A DNA stretch of 64,000 nt from the human T2T-CHM13v2.0 reference genome, Homo sapiens. The DNA lies in assembly GCF_009914755.1 (NCBI RefSeq), contig NC_060928.1; one strand, given 5' to 3'. A program made the position numbers and the translations under genes. Of the stretch, positions 1 through 15,838 are shown in pieces; the first letter of the stretch is position 1, and each line of letters starts with the position of its first letter. The notes below the pieces were generated by a model. The model was not told the DNA's origin. It worked only from the letters and a program-made list of their open reading frames with translations, and made no database searches.

Positions 1-3000
1 GAAAATACTGCATTTCGGCAGTATTGCCCTATCTTACAGATGATTCCCTACCCTTGAGATATTCCCTCTGTCTCATATCATTTGGAGTCTAATTTTGGGG
101 AGGAGCGTATCCATTAGATATTGCTCAATTCATCTTTTTCTTCACCCCTGAGCCTCCCTGCTTTGTTTAGTTTGAGGAAAGCAAGCCATTTTTTCTTAGA
201 AAAAGGAATCTTAAGCTTAGTAAAATGCATTTCTGAGAACAAGAGATTCTGAAAGTGTTGCTGTTCAGGTCCCTGAATCAAAAATTTTTATTCCTGGTTC
301 TTCTAAGATGCTTTTTCCATTCTTTCTCTGGTAAATTGGTTGCACTGTCCAAGTTTTCCATAGGAAAAATGGTGTTCTGCTATGTTTGGGACAAGATACT
401 GTTCTGCATGTTCTATTTCCTTTCATCCTAGAATAGAAAAACTTTTATTATTATTATTGTTACTATAAAACACGCACTGCCACTTTCAAAGCATCCCCAC
501 AGAATCAAGATGTGGTGTCCTCCTCCCTTCCCTTGATTTGTAATGGTGAGGTTAACAATGGTGTTGTGGTTTGCTTGGCCCCTTGACATAGTGTCAGCAA
601 CATAGTTCTAAACAGATTTCTGAGATCTTCTCTTCTGACCCTTGGCTGAAGTCACTTGAAAACATTTACCCTAAAAAATTCAGGTGGGCTAAGTGCCAAG
701 CCTTAGCCAAATCCTCAGTCAAGCTTAAATGTCTTAAGAGAGCTGACTGCTTGAAGCCAGGTGGCTTGCACATCTGCAAGTCTGATTCATGGACACCACT
801 TGCCATCAAGAACGCGCTGGCATCATTCCTCATCAGAGCAGCCTGTGAGCCCCACACACGCCCCTCCCCACTCATCACAAGGAACAAGGTCTAGGTGAAA
901 GATTCAGACAGCAGCACCGGATCCTCTGTTGGCATCAAAAGTCCATTGCTGTCCACCATGACATAAATCAGATCCTCCGGGAGCAAGGGGGTTGAGGGGC
1001 AAAAGTACTCTTGAAACACCACTACCAGAATGGGGGGCTAAGGATCAATTGCTTTTGCCATGTTACCCACACCTTCTCAAATACAAATCATCGTGAACTA
1101 GCTCATCTTCTGCTATACAGCACCCCATCCAAGTCCAACAGATTTTTTTTTTTTTTTTAATGGAGGGTTCTTTCGTTGGCATTCCTTTTCATCCTTCCCC
1201 AAGAGGAATCAACTTAGGGAGCAGATATGCAGCGTGTGTGTACACCCAGCATGTGTTTTCTTGTTCCCACCCTACATTGTTTGTTGAAATAAATATGGAA
1301 ATAAGGCTGAGCAAGACAGCCAAGCCAGCCAAACTGAAATAAATTCATCACTCATGGGCTCTCAAGGGATGGAAACCGTGCATTTTTTTCTAAATGATTA
1401 TTTCTGAAGCACTGAAGGAATGGCTATATCACTAATGAGGCCTGTACGCCATGACTGCTGATTATAAATGACCTGCAGAGAGACAAGGAGATAGTGGATA
1501 TGAAGGGGAGATGGTGGCATGGAGGCGAGGGGAAGCAGCTGCTGTGGAGGCTGCAGCTGCTGGTGGCCAGCAGTGGGGATTACTATCCAAAAGCAACTCT
1601 CCCTGCTTTTCTGACCCAGCAGTAAGCCCTCAGAAGAGCATATAATTATTCTGTGTGAATTCAAGTGAGTGGAAAGGGGTCAAAAGCCCCCCAAAGATAG
1701 AAAAACGTCTTCTGTATAAGTCTGTATATCACCATGACCATCTCTGTCTTCCTGTGCATGGAAATTCTTGGCAGCATCCCAGGATCTGGAAAAGACCTGG
1801 ATGGAGACTGCAATGACATATAAACCACACTAAGACACTACATGGTCCCCTGGCTTCTGGCCCCTGGGATCCTCCCTTCATAGCTACGTACTGGGCATAC
1901 AGAAAAAGAAAGTGCAGATATAAGCAGCACAGTTCATAAGTGGGATGAGAGCTCTCCACAGAGCAGTTGGTAAATTCCAGGCCAGGTGGACAACACTGGA
2001 CTTGCAAACTAGGTATCCTAATGCTTGGACTGATCAAGCCATGACTGATCTTAACAAAACTTCTCAGAGCTTCGTGATTCGGTGGTACTCTTACTTCACA
2101 TGATGGGCTTTAGGGAAATGCCAAATACCTCCTGGCATGACCCAGCAAGAATCACCCAGACAGAAGCCCCGGTGCAGTGTGAGCAGCGGCTAGATGAAAA
2201 GGCCTGGCAAGGGGTATTCTCGACAAATGAAGGGATCCAGTTCCCAAGGGCAAGGGCAGGATAATGCGGTAGTTGCTTTTCAAAATGAGTGTATCATTGA
2301 ACTTGAGAAAATGCACTAATTATCCTTACATCCTTATGAACAGGTGGAGGTGGGGAGGAGCTTTTGCAGCCTGTTGAACTAAGAAGCTGTGACAGGGCGT
2401 GAGATATGTCAGCAATGCTGGTGGTGCCAGAGGTTTCTGAAGGTAAGGAGGATGTTGCTCTCTCTGCCATGGTGGCCAGCGAGCCCTCACACAACATTAT
2501 GAAAGGTCTCCAGAACCTTCTCAATTGCCGTGTGCATTGTCCTGCACATAGTTTCATGGACATAGAGTCACATGTGGCAAAAGTGAAGGCCTGGGCTCTG
2601 GCTCTTAATGCAACAAGCACTCTGGCTGCTCTAGGTTATCAGCAACTCATCTGGTCACAGTGATTGCAAAATGAACCAAGGATTCTGGGTGATCATCCTC
2701 CATATCCTAAATGACTAAAGGGATAACAACATAGAACCAAAAGATATGTGGCTTCCAGCATTATAAGGGAAGTATGGTCACCAAATTTATCAAGGCAATA
2801 CTCATACATAGGGAGGCAAAAGGAGAAAGACATAAAGGACTAATTATAAAGGTTTACTTAGCTTACTTCCACATTTTAGCCTTGCTGCTGTGCAAGAAAA
2901 ACACATGCATTTAACTCCCTCTCTGCAGACCTTTTGGGCAACGAAGAGCCACACATCAGCAAAAAGAAAAGCAACAAACAGCAGGCCCCAACATTCCCAT

Positions 3001-4183
3001 TCTTCATCACTGGGGTGAATGCTATGTCCAGCTCTTTCTCTCTCATCTTCTTCATGTAGGGTCAAGGAACAAACAGGGGTTCTCAAATAATCAAACGAAG
3101 AAAAGATTTAAAAATCACCCATTTCAAGATGCAAGCGCCTTGCCTTGCTGCTTCCAACAGGAGAGCAGAGAGAATCCCACCAGATGCTGCTTCACTATCG
3201 GCGCTGACGCTTTCTAATGAATCTGACCCCTGGCTGCAGCTCTAAAAGGGTGCAGCAGTGTGTCAATGTAAACAGCTAAACCTAGTGTCACGTCAAGTGG
3301 TAACAAGGCCACTGCTGGTTTTTTACAAGCGCTGTGCACTTAGCAGATAAAAATGAGCATCCTATCGCTGGTCCCCACAAGTCACACTTATCAACAGTGA
3401 GAAGAAACAATGCTTTGTCTGATAGGTGTTGCTTGGTGCCAGTGACAGGAAGTTACATTTCTTACAGGCTGCCCATTAGCATAATGAAAAGGCAAGTAAC
3501 AGCTGCATTAACAAAATCTTTTTACATGTGTCCACGGTGAGCAGCGCAGAGCTTCCTGATGTTCCCTCTAATAAAGAGAACTAATTACCCTCCACAGTGC
3601 CACCTGGGCTAGAGACAACCGATGTCAGGAAAGGGCTTTGACAAACACATTTATTTGTCCAGGACCAAGTCCAGGGCCAGCAACCCCCATTCTTCCTGGT
3701 ATCAGAGTGGAGCCAGATGCACACAGGATCAATAAAAGGTCCAGAGTTCACTGCAGGCTGGGGGCAGTACCTGCAGACAAGGCATCCCCTGGGAAGACTA
3801 GGGCTTCCAGCCTCTGCAGGGGTGATGCTTTCAGAGCCCACACGGAGTACAGATCAACCTGGGCACTGTGACCTGATATTGGGTTGAAGTTCCCATCTGA
3901 AACAAGCTGAGAGGTTTGAGGATGCCAAACAAGGAGTTTAAAAGGGAAGGTTGTTTTATTCATGCGAACATACCTGCTTTTTAATAAAACAATGTTAAGC
4001 AGATAACTATTTGTTGACATTATTATCCCCTGATTTTACATACAAGGAAACTAATTATGGAATGGGTAAGTGACTGTATCACATATCTAAAAACAGAAAG
4101 AGAAGAGAACTCACGTTTACTGCATTCATGAGCATCTACTCATTATCTAGTTTAATTCTTCCCACAATCCTAGAAAGGAGGCA

Positions 4184-4431
4184 TTTTTATTTTTATTTTT
4201 ATTTGTTTTGAGACAGGATCTTGCTCTGCCACCCAGGCTGGAGTGCAGTGGTGCAATCTTGGCTCACTGCAACCTCCGCCTCCTGGTTCAAGTGATTCTC
4301 ATGCCTCAGCCTCCCAAGTAGCTGGGATTATAGGTGTGTGCCACCACGCCCAGCTAATTTTTGTGTTTTTAGTAGAGATGAGGTTTCACCGTGTTGGTCA
4401 GGCTCGAACTCCTGGCCTCAAGTTATCCGCT

Positions 4432-4435
<4 letters not shown>
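4184..4435 (-). mobile_element. Alu, lacking about 50 nt of its 5' end
   Basis: Reverse-complement Alu (gagacaggatcttgctctg...ttatccgcttgcc) that abuts the T36 tail of the next Alu. Confidence 0.9.
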
Positions 4436-4819
<384 letters not shown>

Positions 4820-6644
4820 TAAGACTAAACTGATAACTTATGGCATCTGTTCCTCCCAAAAGCTCTACGTGTACCCACCTGATAATGGGGCTTTGGCAAT
4901 TACCTTACTGCTTCCAACCCAAGTCCTCAATCTACTATGGAGCTCAGCATGCGAAGAAAGGTGACGCCATCTATCTTTTGCCCAAAGCTGAGTACATACT
5001 AAGATGTGTCTACTCTCGGGTCCATGTGCTCAAATTTAGAAAACACACCAGAAAATAACTTGATATATCACAATTTTAGATTTACTACCTAGTCCCAATA
5101 CAGGGAATTAGAATATTTCCAAAATCCTGAACTCAAATCCCAACTTACACTACTGACAGGTCTTAATTACCCATGTTTAAGGACAAGGCAAAAGTAAAAC
5201 CCAAAACCTGATGAATTAACATTCATAATAAGTTAATCTAGCCCATATTTTCCCTTCTTAGTTCACCAACTGTTTTGCTAGAAAATTTATAGGATTACCT
5301 GTTCATAGATGTAGGTAATTATATACAGTTGGGGTTTCTCTAGAAATGACTCCTGAAGTATCTTAATTCGGAGTCTTCTAATGAAATTGCTACTATCTCC
5401 AGTTTAATAACCAAATTATTACTGTCCTGCTTGGTCTGATCACGTCCTAGTCTGGACCTCAGCTTCTGTTTCAAAAAATGAGCATTTCTTCACTTCCTGA
5501 GACCTCACTGTTTGGGTCTGATGAAGCAACTTCCCATGGACGGCATTGTAGCCATCGAGAGAAACCCCACTCACCAAAGGAGAAAGCTTGGCCCACAGGG
5601 CCCCTGGGAGGTGCCATTTTCATCTTCTATTGCACTGCGCTGACATTTTTAAATTATAATGACTCCATATCCCAAATGAGTCCTAAGAACATTCTGAATC
5701 AGCTAATTAATAAATCAATTGCTCTTCAGGATGGCATTTATCAAATTCACAACTAATATGTGAGGTGCGGGTAGAGTGGAAGTCTGCAGCTGCTACACCT
5801 CTGGCTCTGGTAGGACCCAGCTTGTTCCAAAACCTCTGTTGCACTCTGGCTGTAAGCGAAACACCTTCAAGTTTCTATGCATACTATTTGAGTCCATTGG
5901 GATACAATTTCATCATCAGAGACAACATCTTATGCAATAATGAGTAGTTGCCTAAAGAATGAAGAACAGGAGCATCCCTACTAATCAGACACTCAGTGTC
6001 CCATATGGTGATGGTAATTGAAACATCCTTCTGGTCACACTGTTGAACTAAGATTGAAATCAATTAGATGCCACTGTTTAGATGTTGGTGGCATTGTGCT
6101 GTCTTTTTCTTGGCACAGAGATGATGTGGGAGTTAACAATACCAAGCAAGGCATCCTACTTCACCAAGAGTGGACCACTGGTGAACTCTCAATCCCTTAA
6201 AACCTGATAATTTCTACAGGCTTCAGAATCACTGCCAACATCCTGAAAATCAGTTGTGACAATAAGGCTGTCAGAGCAGTGTGTACTGCTCTTAATCATC
6301 TACTTAGTGTCTCTTTCTTGGTCATAGACTGTACCTTCCTTACCACTGCAGCCACATGGCTCCTCTTCACATGCTGTTGTTGACAGTGTGGGTGGGATAT
6401 AGGGATGGTGGGCAGCTGCCCAAATTTTCTGTTCATCAATAGTGGGATGACATAAAATGAGACCAGAAGACAAGACTGCAGAGAGCCTGGGGACAGGTTG
6501 AGTAAGAAGCAGAGAGCTGCTGTCCAGATGCCAGAGAGCTGAACAAAAGCCTGCCATTTGTTTAGTCCTATTCTGGCTCACACTATTCACCTTCCTTTCC
6601 TTTTGATATCATCAATATGGTTTTTCTCCTGGAAGAGACTTTCT

Positions 6645-6700
6645 ATTTCTCTTTCTCTCTCTCTGTCTGTCTCTCTCTCTGTCTCTCTCTCTCTCTCTCC
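6645..6700. repeat. (CT)n-rich microsatellite
   Basis: Interrupted CT/CTGT run. Confidence 0.9.
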
Positions 6701-8019
6701 CTCTGCCCCAACACAGCATCCCTTTTGATGAGATAATGGGTGTTGACTTGCAGTCCAATACTTACTAAAGCCTGATGGCTCTACAAATTACTTAGACAGA
6801 ATCTAATCCTGAGGGTAGGTATCAATGATAGGGTATGTGTGTGGGGAATCAGAAATGGCATGTTGTCCTACAGAGAGGTCACACCAAAGAAGTAAGAAGA
6901 TGGGAAAGAAGAAGTGAGGGTGGTGACAGAGAGGGGGAACTAGACATGTGGCTGCATTAGACAGAGTACACAGAAGGGAGGCTCAATGTGGACATGGGAA
7001 AAGGTATATTCATTAAGAATGAAAATAGAAGAGGGCTTCTTTATTCAAGTTCTGGGTGTCTGAATCAGGTCAAACTGGCAGAGACACATAGGTAGAAATT
7101 GAAGTTAGAAAAATTAAATAAGTGCAAGGAAATCATATTTTGCTGTGTAAGTTCATTTCTAAACATACAGATGTCAGAGAGTTTTGATAAATGCTCATAT
7201 TCTTTTCATGATTGTACTAAGATCTCACACGGTAAATGACATCAGGAGTTAGAATGGATTGAGATCAAGACAAAGCAGGAACCTACTTTGAATAAAATTT
7301 TACTCATCTCAGTATTTTTGGATGTTTCCTTTATCTGAACTAAAGCACTTCATATGATGTCATCTCTTATTTTCTCTTTTGTAGTCTCCTTTATAAATCT
7401 ATGGTGAATGGTATAGAATAGTTTCATTGGTACCACAATCCCCTTATACCTGATATTATGATAATTCTGAAATACAAACTGAATAAATACATAGGTCATT
7501 TTCAAAATGATTTTTATTTGCTCAACAGATTGAATCTGTGCAGTAGTAAAATTACAGTTCGTTAAGTAAATCTTGAGTCAGAGTAAGGTTTAGCAGGGTA
7601 ATGTTGATCTTTAACCCCTTCATCTAGAATATATTTTTAGGAGTGGGAGGAAATCCCAACATCTATATAAACAGAGAACTCAGAGTTTGAAATGCTCCAA
7701 GCAGACATAGTTATTTGTGACAGCTTGACAGTGACAAAAAATCCAGGAGCTGAAATGCTTTCTCCTCGGCTTATGAGTGGCTTTTTATGCAAATCTTGAT
7801 AGATCATTTTATGCCTTAATTTTCCTACCTACAGATTGCCAGAAGCCTTGGTGACTAAACTATGGCTTATAAGAAGCTAGCACTGTACTTTATTTTTATT
7901 TTACTAGACAGACTCTATCACCAAACTACATATTTTTGTCTGTAAGAGGAAGAGTTTAAGAAAGAAACAACCTACTAATAATAGTTTAAATATTATTTTA
8001 TATTTAAAGATGTATTTTA

Positions 8020-8335
<316 letters not shown>

Positions 8336-11300
8336 TAAAATAGCCATTAGTTTATATGACTTTTGGTAGCAGACAGAGCTTTTCTTTACAGGCACAGTCT
8401 TTAAAATACAGCTCCATTAAAACATTTTTGCTTCTGGCCTTCTCCAGTATACTTCAAATACCTATTGCATGGCTTTATTAGGATATCCTTTAATTTAGAA
8501 AATCAAGGTGATTCATTGTAATCTTTTGGAGGAAAATTGTGTGTTTTCCCCAGTGAGGCCATGTCACAATTCTTTGATAGCACAAAGGTGGGGAAAACCC
8601 CAAAAGTGTAATGAGACTGGAGGGATCTGCTTCTTCCCACATCATTCAGTAAGATTTTCACAGTTCACACTTAGGATTTTCCGAATCTATGAGAAGACAG
8701 GCCAGAGACAGGGTAATGGGACTGAGTGCTGACTGATTTGCAAATGGTACAAATTTCACCACTTGACAAATCTCCCTCCCTCCATTCTTTCCTCTTTTCC
8801 TTTCTTCTTCCTTTCTCAGCTTTCTTCCCCCTCCCTCTTTCCTCCATTATTCACATTGTGTATCTATATTGTGTAAAAAACAAAACAAAACAAACAAACA
8901 AAAATATATATATGGTTCTTTTCTTCTGGGTTAGCCTAGACCCCAGTTTGTCCAGAATAGTGTGGGAAGTTGGGTGCAGAGGGCAGCATGGAGAGTACAA
9001 GATCACTCAGATTCAATCCGTTGAGCAAATCATAAAAATATTGTTCAAGGAGTCCTGCAAGAGTCACACGGAATCCCGCAGTGCTTGTTTTACACATGTT
9101 TCCATGCACACCTGATACTGTGTCTCTCCCTCAAACACTTGGGACCGCTCAGTTCATAGGGAGGTATCAGATAAACTGGAACACTGTTTTCTGGGCTTCC
9201 GTACAAAGCCTTTTAAATATGATTTAGAGAATTGGGAACTGATTAAGAAACAAAGTGCCATTGCTAGCACTAGGAAGCTGATTGCCCTGGTGAACAGGAT
9301 CAATTAAGTACAGGAGGTAAAATCTTCAAAAATACTTTCTAGCTATGCCCTGTTGCTGATCACCAAATTCATGGTAATGGAAGAAAACATGCTTCACTTG
9401 ATTATTGTGACAACTGAATACACTGCTGCTTCTATTGTTGTGAAAAGCTTGCTTGAAAAGGAAAGTTAATCTGGAGGGATGGATGACTGAGTGGCAAGCC
9501 TAGGTCACAAAGCACAGCTCTCTTCACCAGAAATCTACATGGGACTCAGGAAGAAACAGAATTCAGGCTATTTTGTTTGTTTATTTGTTTATTTGGTGGT
9601 ATGTTTGATCTGGACAGGAGACTATTTTAGGGATCTCCAATCTCATCCATTTGATCTATTTTTCTTTTAAGCATGTGTGCTTAGGAAATTACATATTGTA
9701 AGCGACCCTGGGGTGTGCAATCTTATCTCTTTTAATACACTTTTCCATTCTGACAAGGAGCTTCAGTGGCTTGGAATAATCCTCTTCAATTGACAAAAGA
9801 AGCCCCCAATTTCTAAGTTTTTAAACCATTAGTGGCTGATCAGTTGCAACAAATATGCTGCCACTGCTGCTGCTGCACCTAATGATTGAATTTTAAATAT
9901 TCATGATGGATGGATGTCTGTGTGTGTGCACAGAAATGACAGCATCGACGGCTGCTTCTCACCAGGGCACCGTTAAAGCTGAGGCAGAAGCTGCATATGT
10001 CAGATATTTTCTGGTTACATATTCCAGTCATTAACAAAATTATTCTCATATAGATCCAGAAGCATTAATGCGTGAGATATATGCATCTACAAACACAACA
10101 ATGTTGAAATGAGCAGAGTCCTTCCCTCAAAAATAGCCCTTTAATGATTGAACAAAAAACAACATTGAACACACCAGCAATTCTGACAGTGGCTATTTTT
10201 GGGCACTGTGAATTTTGGTGATTTTAATTTTCTTATTTTTGCCAATCTGTACAAATTATTTTTCTAAGAAGACAAAAGTTCATGAAAAATCCCAAGCTAA
10301 GCAAAATAATATCATAATAAAATGTTGACCATTAAAAAATTCTTGAGAGATATGCACTTACGTCTTATATAAATAAACACAAAAGAAGAGAATAGAGTAA
10401 GTTTTGTCTAAGTTTTAGCTATGAAATAGGTGGGAAGTAAGATTGTTTTCCCTCTAAGACTAGAGAAAAGGCAAGTCAATTTCTAGAGGAAATTCAATAC
10501 ACAGGATATAGTGATCAGAAAAGGGACATGCTTTACGCTATGAAATTACACCAAATGTATTCTTTGGCCATGATTTTGGGCTCAGATTATAAACAATTAA
10601 CACAGATTAGCTGAATTGAAAAATGCCCCCATTTTCAGCCTGCTAGAATGAGCCCCTACATCTTTTTGTTTCTTTCCCTTCTTGCTCAGCAATCTCTATG
10701 TCCCCTTTTCACTGCTCTCCTTTTCTGGCAATGTTCTTCCTGACATATATATTTAAACACTATTAGATCTTACTGTTTCTTGCACTGTGCATTAACATCA
10801 TCTTTTTTCAAATGGATTCCTATTTAATAGTATATATGACTATCCTGATCATAGAAAAGGGGAAAAATAATGAACAAACATAGGTATTATAGAGAGCAAA
10901 ACCAGACATACTTGAATTGCTGTGTAGGTGTGAATGCAAAGTTAGGTTTGTGATTCTATATTAGGATTCTAGGGGTTCTCTGGACCAGAGACTAAGTGGT
11001 TAAAAGGAAAACTGTATGAACTGCTTGGCTATGATTGGTCCCTAGGAACTTCCTGTAGAAAAGGATTAGAGCAAATAACTGAAAGGAGGGTCCAGACGCT
11101 GTGTCTACAAGAAACACGGGGCAGAGACAAATAAGACAAGATCTGACCTCAAAGCTGATAAACAGGTTAAACTGTGCTTCTGGGGTTGGCGCTCCCCAGT
11201 TAAGAGGTTATATCATGAGTTTGTTCACAGGAAGGAGGAATAGCAGGAATGGGTGATGATGAAGGTAAAAGGAGCCTCAGTAGGAAAGAAGAATTTTAAA

Positions 11301-12002
11301 TGTTGAGTCTGAAAATTACTTGCACTGTAACAATATTGCACGTGATGGCAACAGAACCCTGAAGTACACAACAGTTAATCCAATGAGATCCACTGTAACT
11401 TAACCACTCAGATTTTAATTTGTCATGTTTGCTCTATCCTATCAAAATATCCTTTTATGGTTCATTTGTGGATCAGCATGCTTCCTTGTAATGTTACATA
11501 AAATTCTGAAAGGAGATTTTTCTGTAACTGTTAACATTTTAAATAATATTTGGTACATTTATAGGAGTTACAGAGAAAATGATCTTATGAAGAAACATGG
11601 CTTGATATGCTAACTATAAACAAATATACTCATGGACCTTTATACTATATAAAAAATGTGTTTCATGTCTTACATGAGATTTACAGACAAATAGCACTGG
11701 TATTGTCAACCAACTTTTCAGTTTGCTTAAAATTCTTACTTGCCTGACACTAAATTTTATTCAATTCAGTATATTTCCCCCCCTACACCCTATGTATTTG
11801 TAGCCAGTTGTCTTGTACCTGATATCACAATTAAAAAAAGAAAAGCAAGCAGTGTTTTATAAAATCTAAGTTTCTATATCATTTTGTGTAAAATAGATGT
11901 AAACATTTAAATAAAGCAAAACAACATCCTAAAGGATAGTTTCAAGTCACTATTACTGTCTCAGCACTCCTCGTTCATCCAGTTAATCTCACTCTGCATG
12001 AC

Positions 12003-12132
12003 TAAGGTGACCATACATCCTGATCTGCCAGGACCTTCCTGGCTTACAGAAGTTGTCCTGGTGACCTCTTTGGTTAGTGCCCCTTTTCACTCTCAAAAGT
12101 GCCCTGGTTTGGATAATAAATTAGATGGTTTT
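12003..12132. mobile_element. MER94-like hAT DNA transposon remnant
   Basis: Terminus aggtgaccata and internal tagtgccccttttcactctcaaaagtgccctggtttgga match the recalled MER94 consensus. Confidence 0.65.
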
Positions 12133-12215
12133 GTCCAAGGCTATTAGCCCATGAGATAAGCTAGGTTGTTATCAACACCTAGCACTGGTATAAACCTCAA
12201 CCTTATATATTCTTC

Positions 12216-12480
12216 TTTTTTTTTTTGAGACAGGGTCTCACTGTGGTGCCTATGCTGGAGTGCAGTGGCACAATCTCGGCTCACTGCAACCTCTGCTTTC
12301 CGGACTTAAACGACCCTCGATCCTCCCACCTCAGCCTCCCGAGTAGCTGGGACCACAGGTGCATACCACGAAGCCCGGCTAATTTTTTTGTGTTTGTGGT
12401 AAAGACGGGCGTTTCACCATGTTACTGAGGCTGGTCTCAAACTCCTGAGCTCAAGTGATTTACACACCTCAGCCTCCCAA
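12216..12480 (-). mobile_element. Alu, 5'-truncated
   Basis: Poly-T then reverse Alu ending at agcctcccaa. Confidence 0.9.
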
Positions 12481-14038
12481 TGTATATTTTCTTTGCTTCC
12501 AAAATGATTGTTGAGAGTAAAGCTTTTGATGTACACATATACTTATGTTAAGACAGAAAGAGGATTATTTGCAAGATTAAAAAAAAAAAAAGAGAGAGAG
12601 AGCCCTCTACCAAAATGTAAGATATGGTTGACATTAGAAAATTACCCATATTTTAAGAGCCTCTTTCCAGAAAAGTGGGAAATTATGGTAATTTTACATG
12701 AACTATCTTTGGAGTTTTAGCATTCACTACTCTGGCAACTTGGGTTCTAGAACTTTAAGTATGCTCTCCTTTCAAATACTGTCCCTCCAGGCTCTCTGAA
12801 GGTACCAATGGTTTTATAATCTTACAGCCTTCTTTCTGGGGCTCTTAGAACTGACCAGAACTAGGAACTGAAGGCCAGCCTTTTCTTAAATATACAGCAT
12901 GACAGTATGACCATCCAACTTCTTAAAGGTGTTGTTTATCTATGGTCTAGGTCAGCTACCGGTTTGCCCTGCATGTTTGACATCACAGATATAACACGCC
13001 ACCTGGACTACTTCCTTCTTCAGGGCCTTTTAAGACTCTTCAGAGGAAGGCCAGCTCCTATTGGCTCTGCAAATCCACTTTACAGTGCCAGTGCCCAAGG
13101 CTGTAAGCCCTGGAGCTTGGAGAGAAATTTGGAAGAAAAGCAAGAGAAACAGCAACCAAATTGTCTTAGAATGTAGAATGTCTTTGGGTTGTTTTCTCTT
13201 TTCAAACAATGACAACCAACATACAGTTCATTATTTCCGTTTTCTAAACAGAGGACCATGTTCCTACTTGGCGATATGGGGCTAACATAAAGAATAAAAG
13301 TAAGATAGGCTGGTTGGGGGCATTGGCTCAGGCCTTTAAGTGGAAAATGGATTTTGTGTACATGGCTTTAGGACTACCCTTGAGATTACAAAGGAAATAG
13401 GAAAACATGGCTATGCTTGCAGACTGTAATCATCTTGGCGCATAGGTATATGTGCTCATATTAAAATAATGGCCACTTGTGAATGACTGATTGTTGGAGG
13501 AGTGTGAAGGGATGTTCCTGCCAGAAACTGACCTTAGAGATCTCTTGAGTGAATAGCTGAGGGATTGCTGATAGGAAACAGAGAAGTGAAAGCCGCTCTT
13601 CTAAGTTTGTACGTGGTCTCTCTCCAAAACAAACCAACGGGTTCTAAGACCCTGAGTACCTTAGGACTTGCTGCTAATTGAAATTTGAGCAGGACTGGCA
13701 CCTTAGCAATCTTCACTCTGGCTCTATGTCACAGGCTAGAGTAAACATACAGAATAATACAGATGTATAGATTTACAAATTTGGAAGTACAAACTTTGGA
13801 ATTATTGAACACTTGTTCTCAATTGCTAAAGATCCTTTAATCAAGCATATCCTCGCCAGGGTACTGAACAAAGCTGGATGAAAACTTTGCAGGGCATAGC
13901 AATTTTGGGGGTAAGTTTCTTGGTTCTTTATAACCTTTCTGCAAATCAACTTATGACCATGTCATGGTCACAGAGTAAAATGTAAAAGACATAGAAAGCA
14001 CCATAGGTCCAAAGAAGTGTGAAACCTATTGTCGGTAA

Positions 14039-14439
<401 letters not shown>

Positions 14440-15486
14440 TAGTAATCCATTCCAGGAACGTCACATTTGCCAAAATGCAGCATTCTGGTTATGTCTCTGC
14501 CTTTCTCACTGACTCAGCCATTGTGAAATGGAAAGAACACCTTAGGTTTGTCTCCTTGCTTTGTTTCCCTTTACCAGTTGGGCAATCTTGGGCAAGTCTT
14601 GTACTCTCTATGATGGGCCTCAGTTCTCTTATTTATTTTCTAATTGAAAAGAAGTAATGTATGTGAAAGTGATTTATAAATAGGAACACACAGTACACAC
14701 TTTACTACTACCCTCTTGTGTTACAGACAAGACCTGACATTACAGAATGACTAGGTGACCAGAACCAGAAAGTGATTCAGTTACAGAACCACAGTCAGCC
14801 CTAGTATCCACACATTCCAGGGAACTCTACACTTCTCATTTCTGCTTCCCTTATACATACAGACTAAGGACAGGCTTCTAATCTGTATTCAAAGTTCATC
14901 CATTTCAAATGGTACCATTTAAAAAGTTGCTCCTTTCCTCAAGATAATAGTATCCGTTTCCCTTTTGAAAATGGTAAAAATCAAACTAAACTAACCCTGC
15001 TGGGGATGCTTGTATATATGTTCCAGGTAGGGAATAAATAATCCTTGTATTCTTGAATAAACAAAGAGACAGTAGGGCAGGTGGGGGGCCTGCAGGTGTA
15101 TTTGCTGAGTTTGGTTGGGGGAGGGAAGCAGGAAGGAGGCTTTGAGGATTATGGAGATGGAGATGGCCTGGAGGTACCTAGGGGACATTCTTTAGAGGCT
15201 GGGTGATAAGAACACAAAAGCCTCTTCAGGAGGAGGCAAATGATCTCTGATCAACCCCAAGCTTTATCTCCCAGAGAAGCTGAAGAGAACAGCCAAGCTG
15301 ATAATAACACCTCAGTGTTATTAGCACTTGCTGAGGACTTTAGGCACTGCAGTCAGAAAATCAGAGATGTTAATGGGGGAAGAAACTTCATTACCTTCCA
15401 AGGTTGGGGGAGTGGGAGTGGAGAGGGGTGTTTAAATACCAGCTCTGCTTTTTACCAGCTATGAGCAGCTATGAGACCTTGGATAA

Positions 15487-15838
<352 letters not shown>

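Noticed and set aside
2294-2663. 108-aa and 85-aa ORFs in repeat-poor DNA (possible pseudogene or exon)
   Set aside because: No family similarity that I recognise and no convincing splice-site pair.
11300-11930. AT-rich, 3'UTR-like tract ending near an AATAAA (possible retrocopy)
   Set aside because: No poly(A) tail, TSD or recognisable parent gene; would need a BLAST search.
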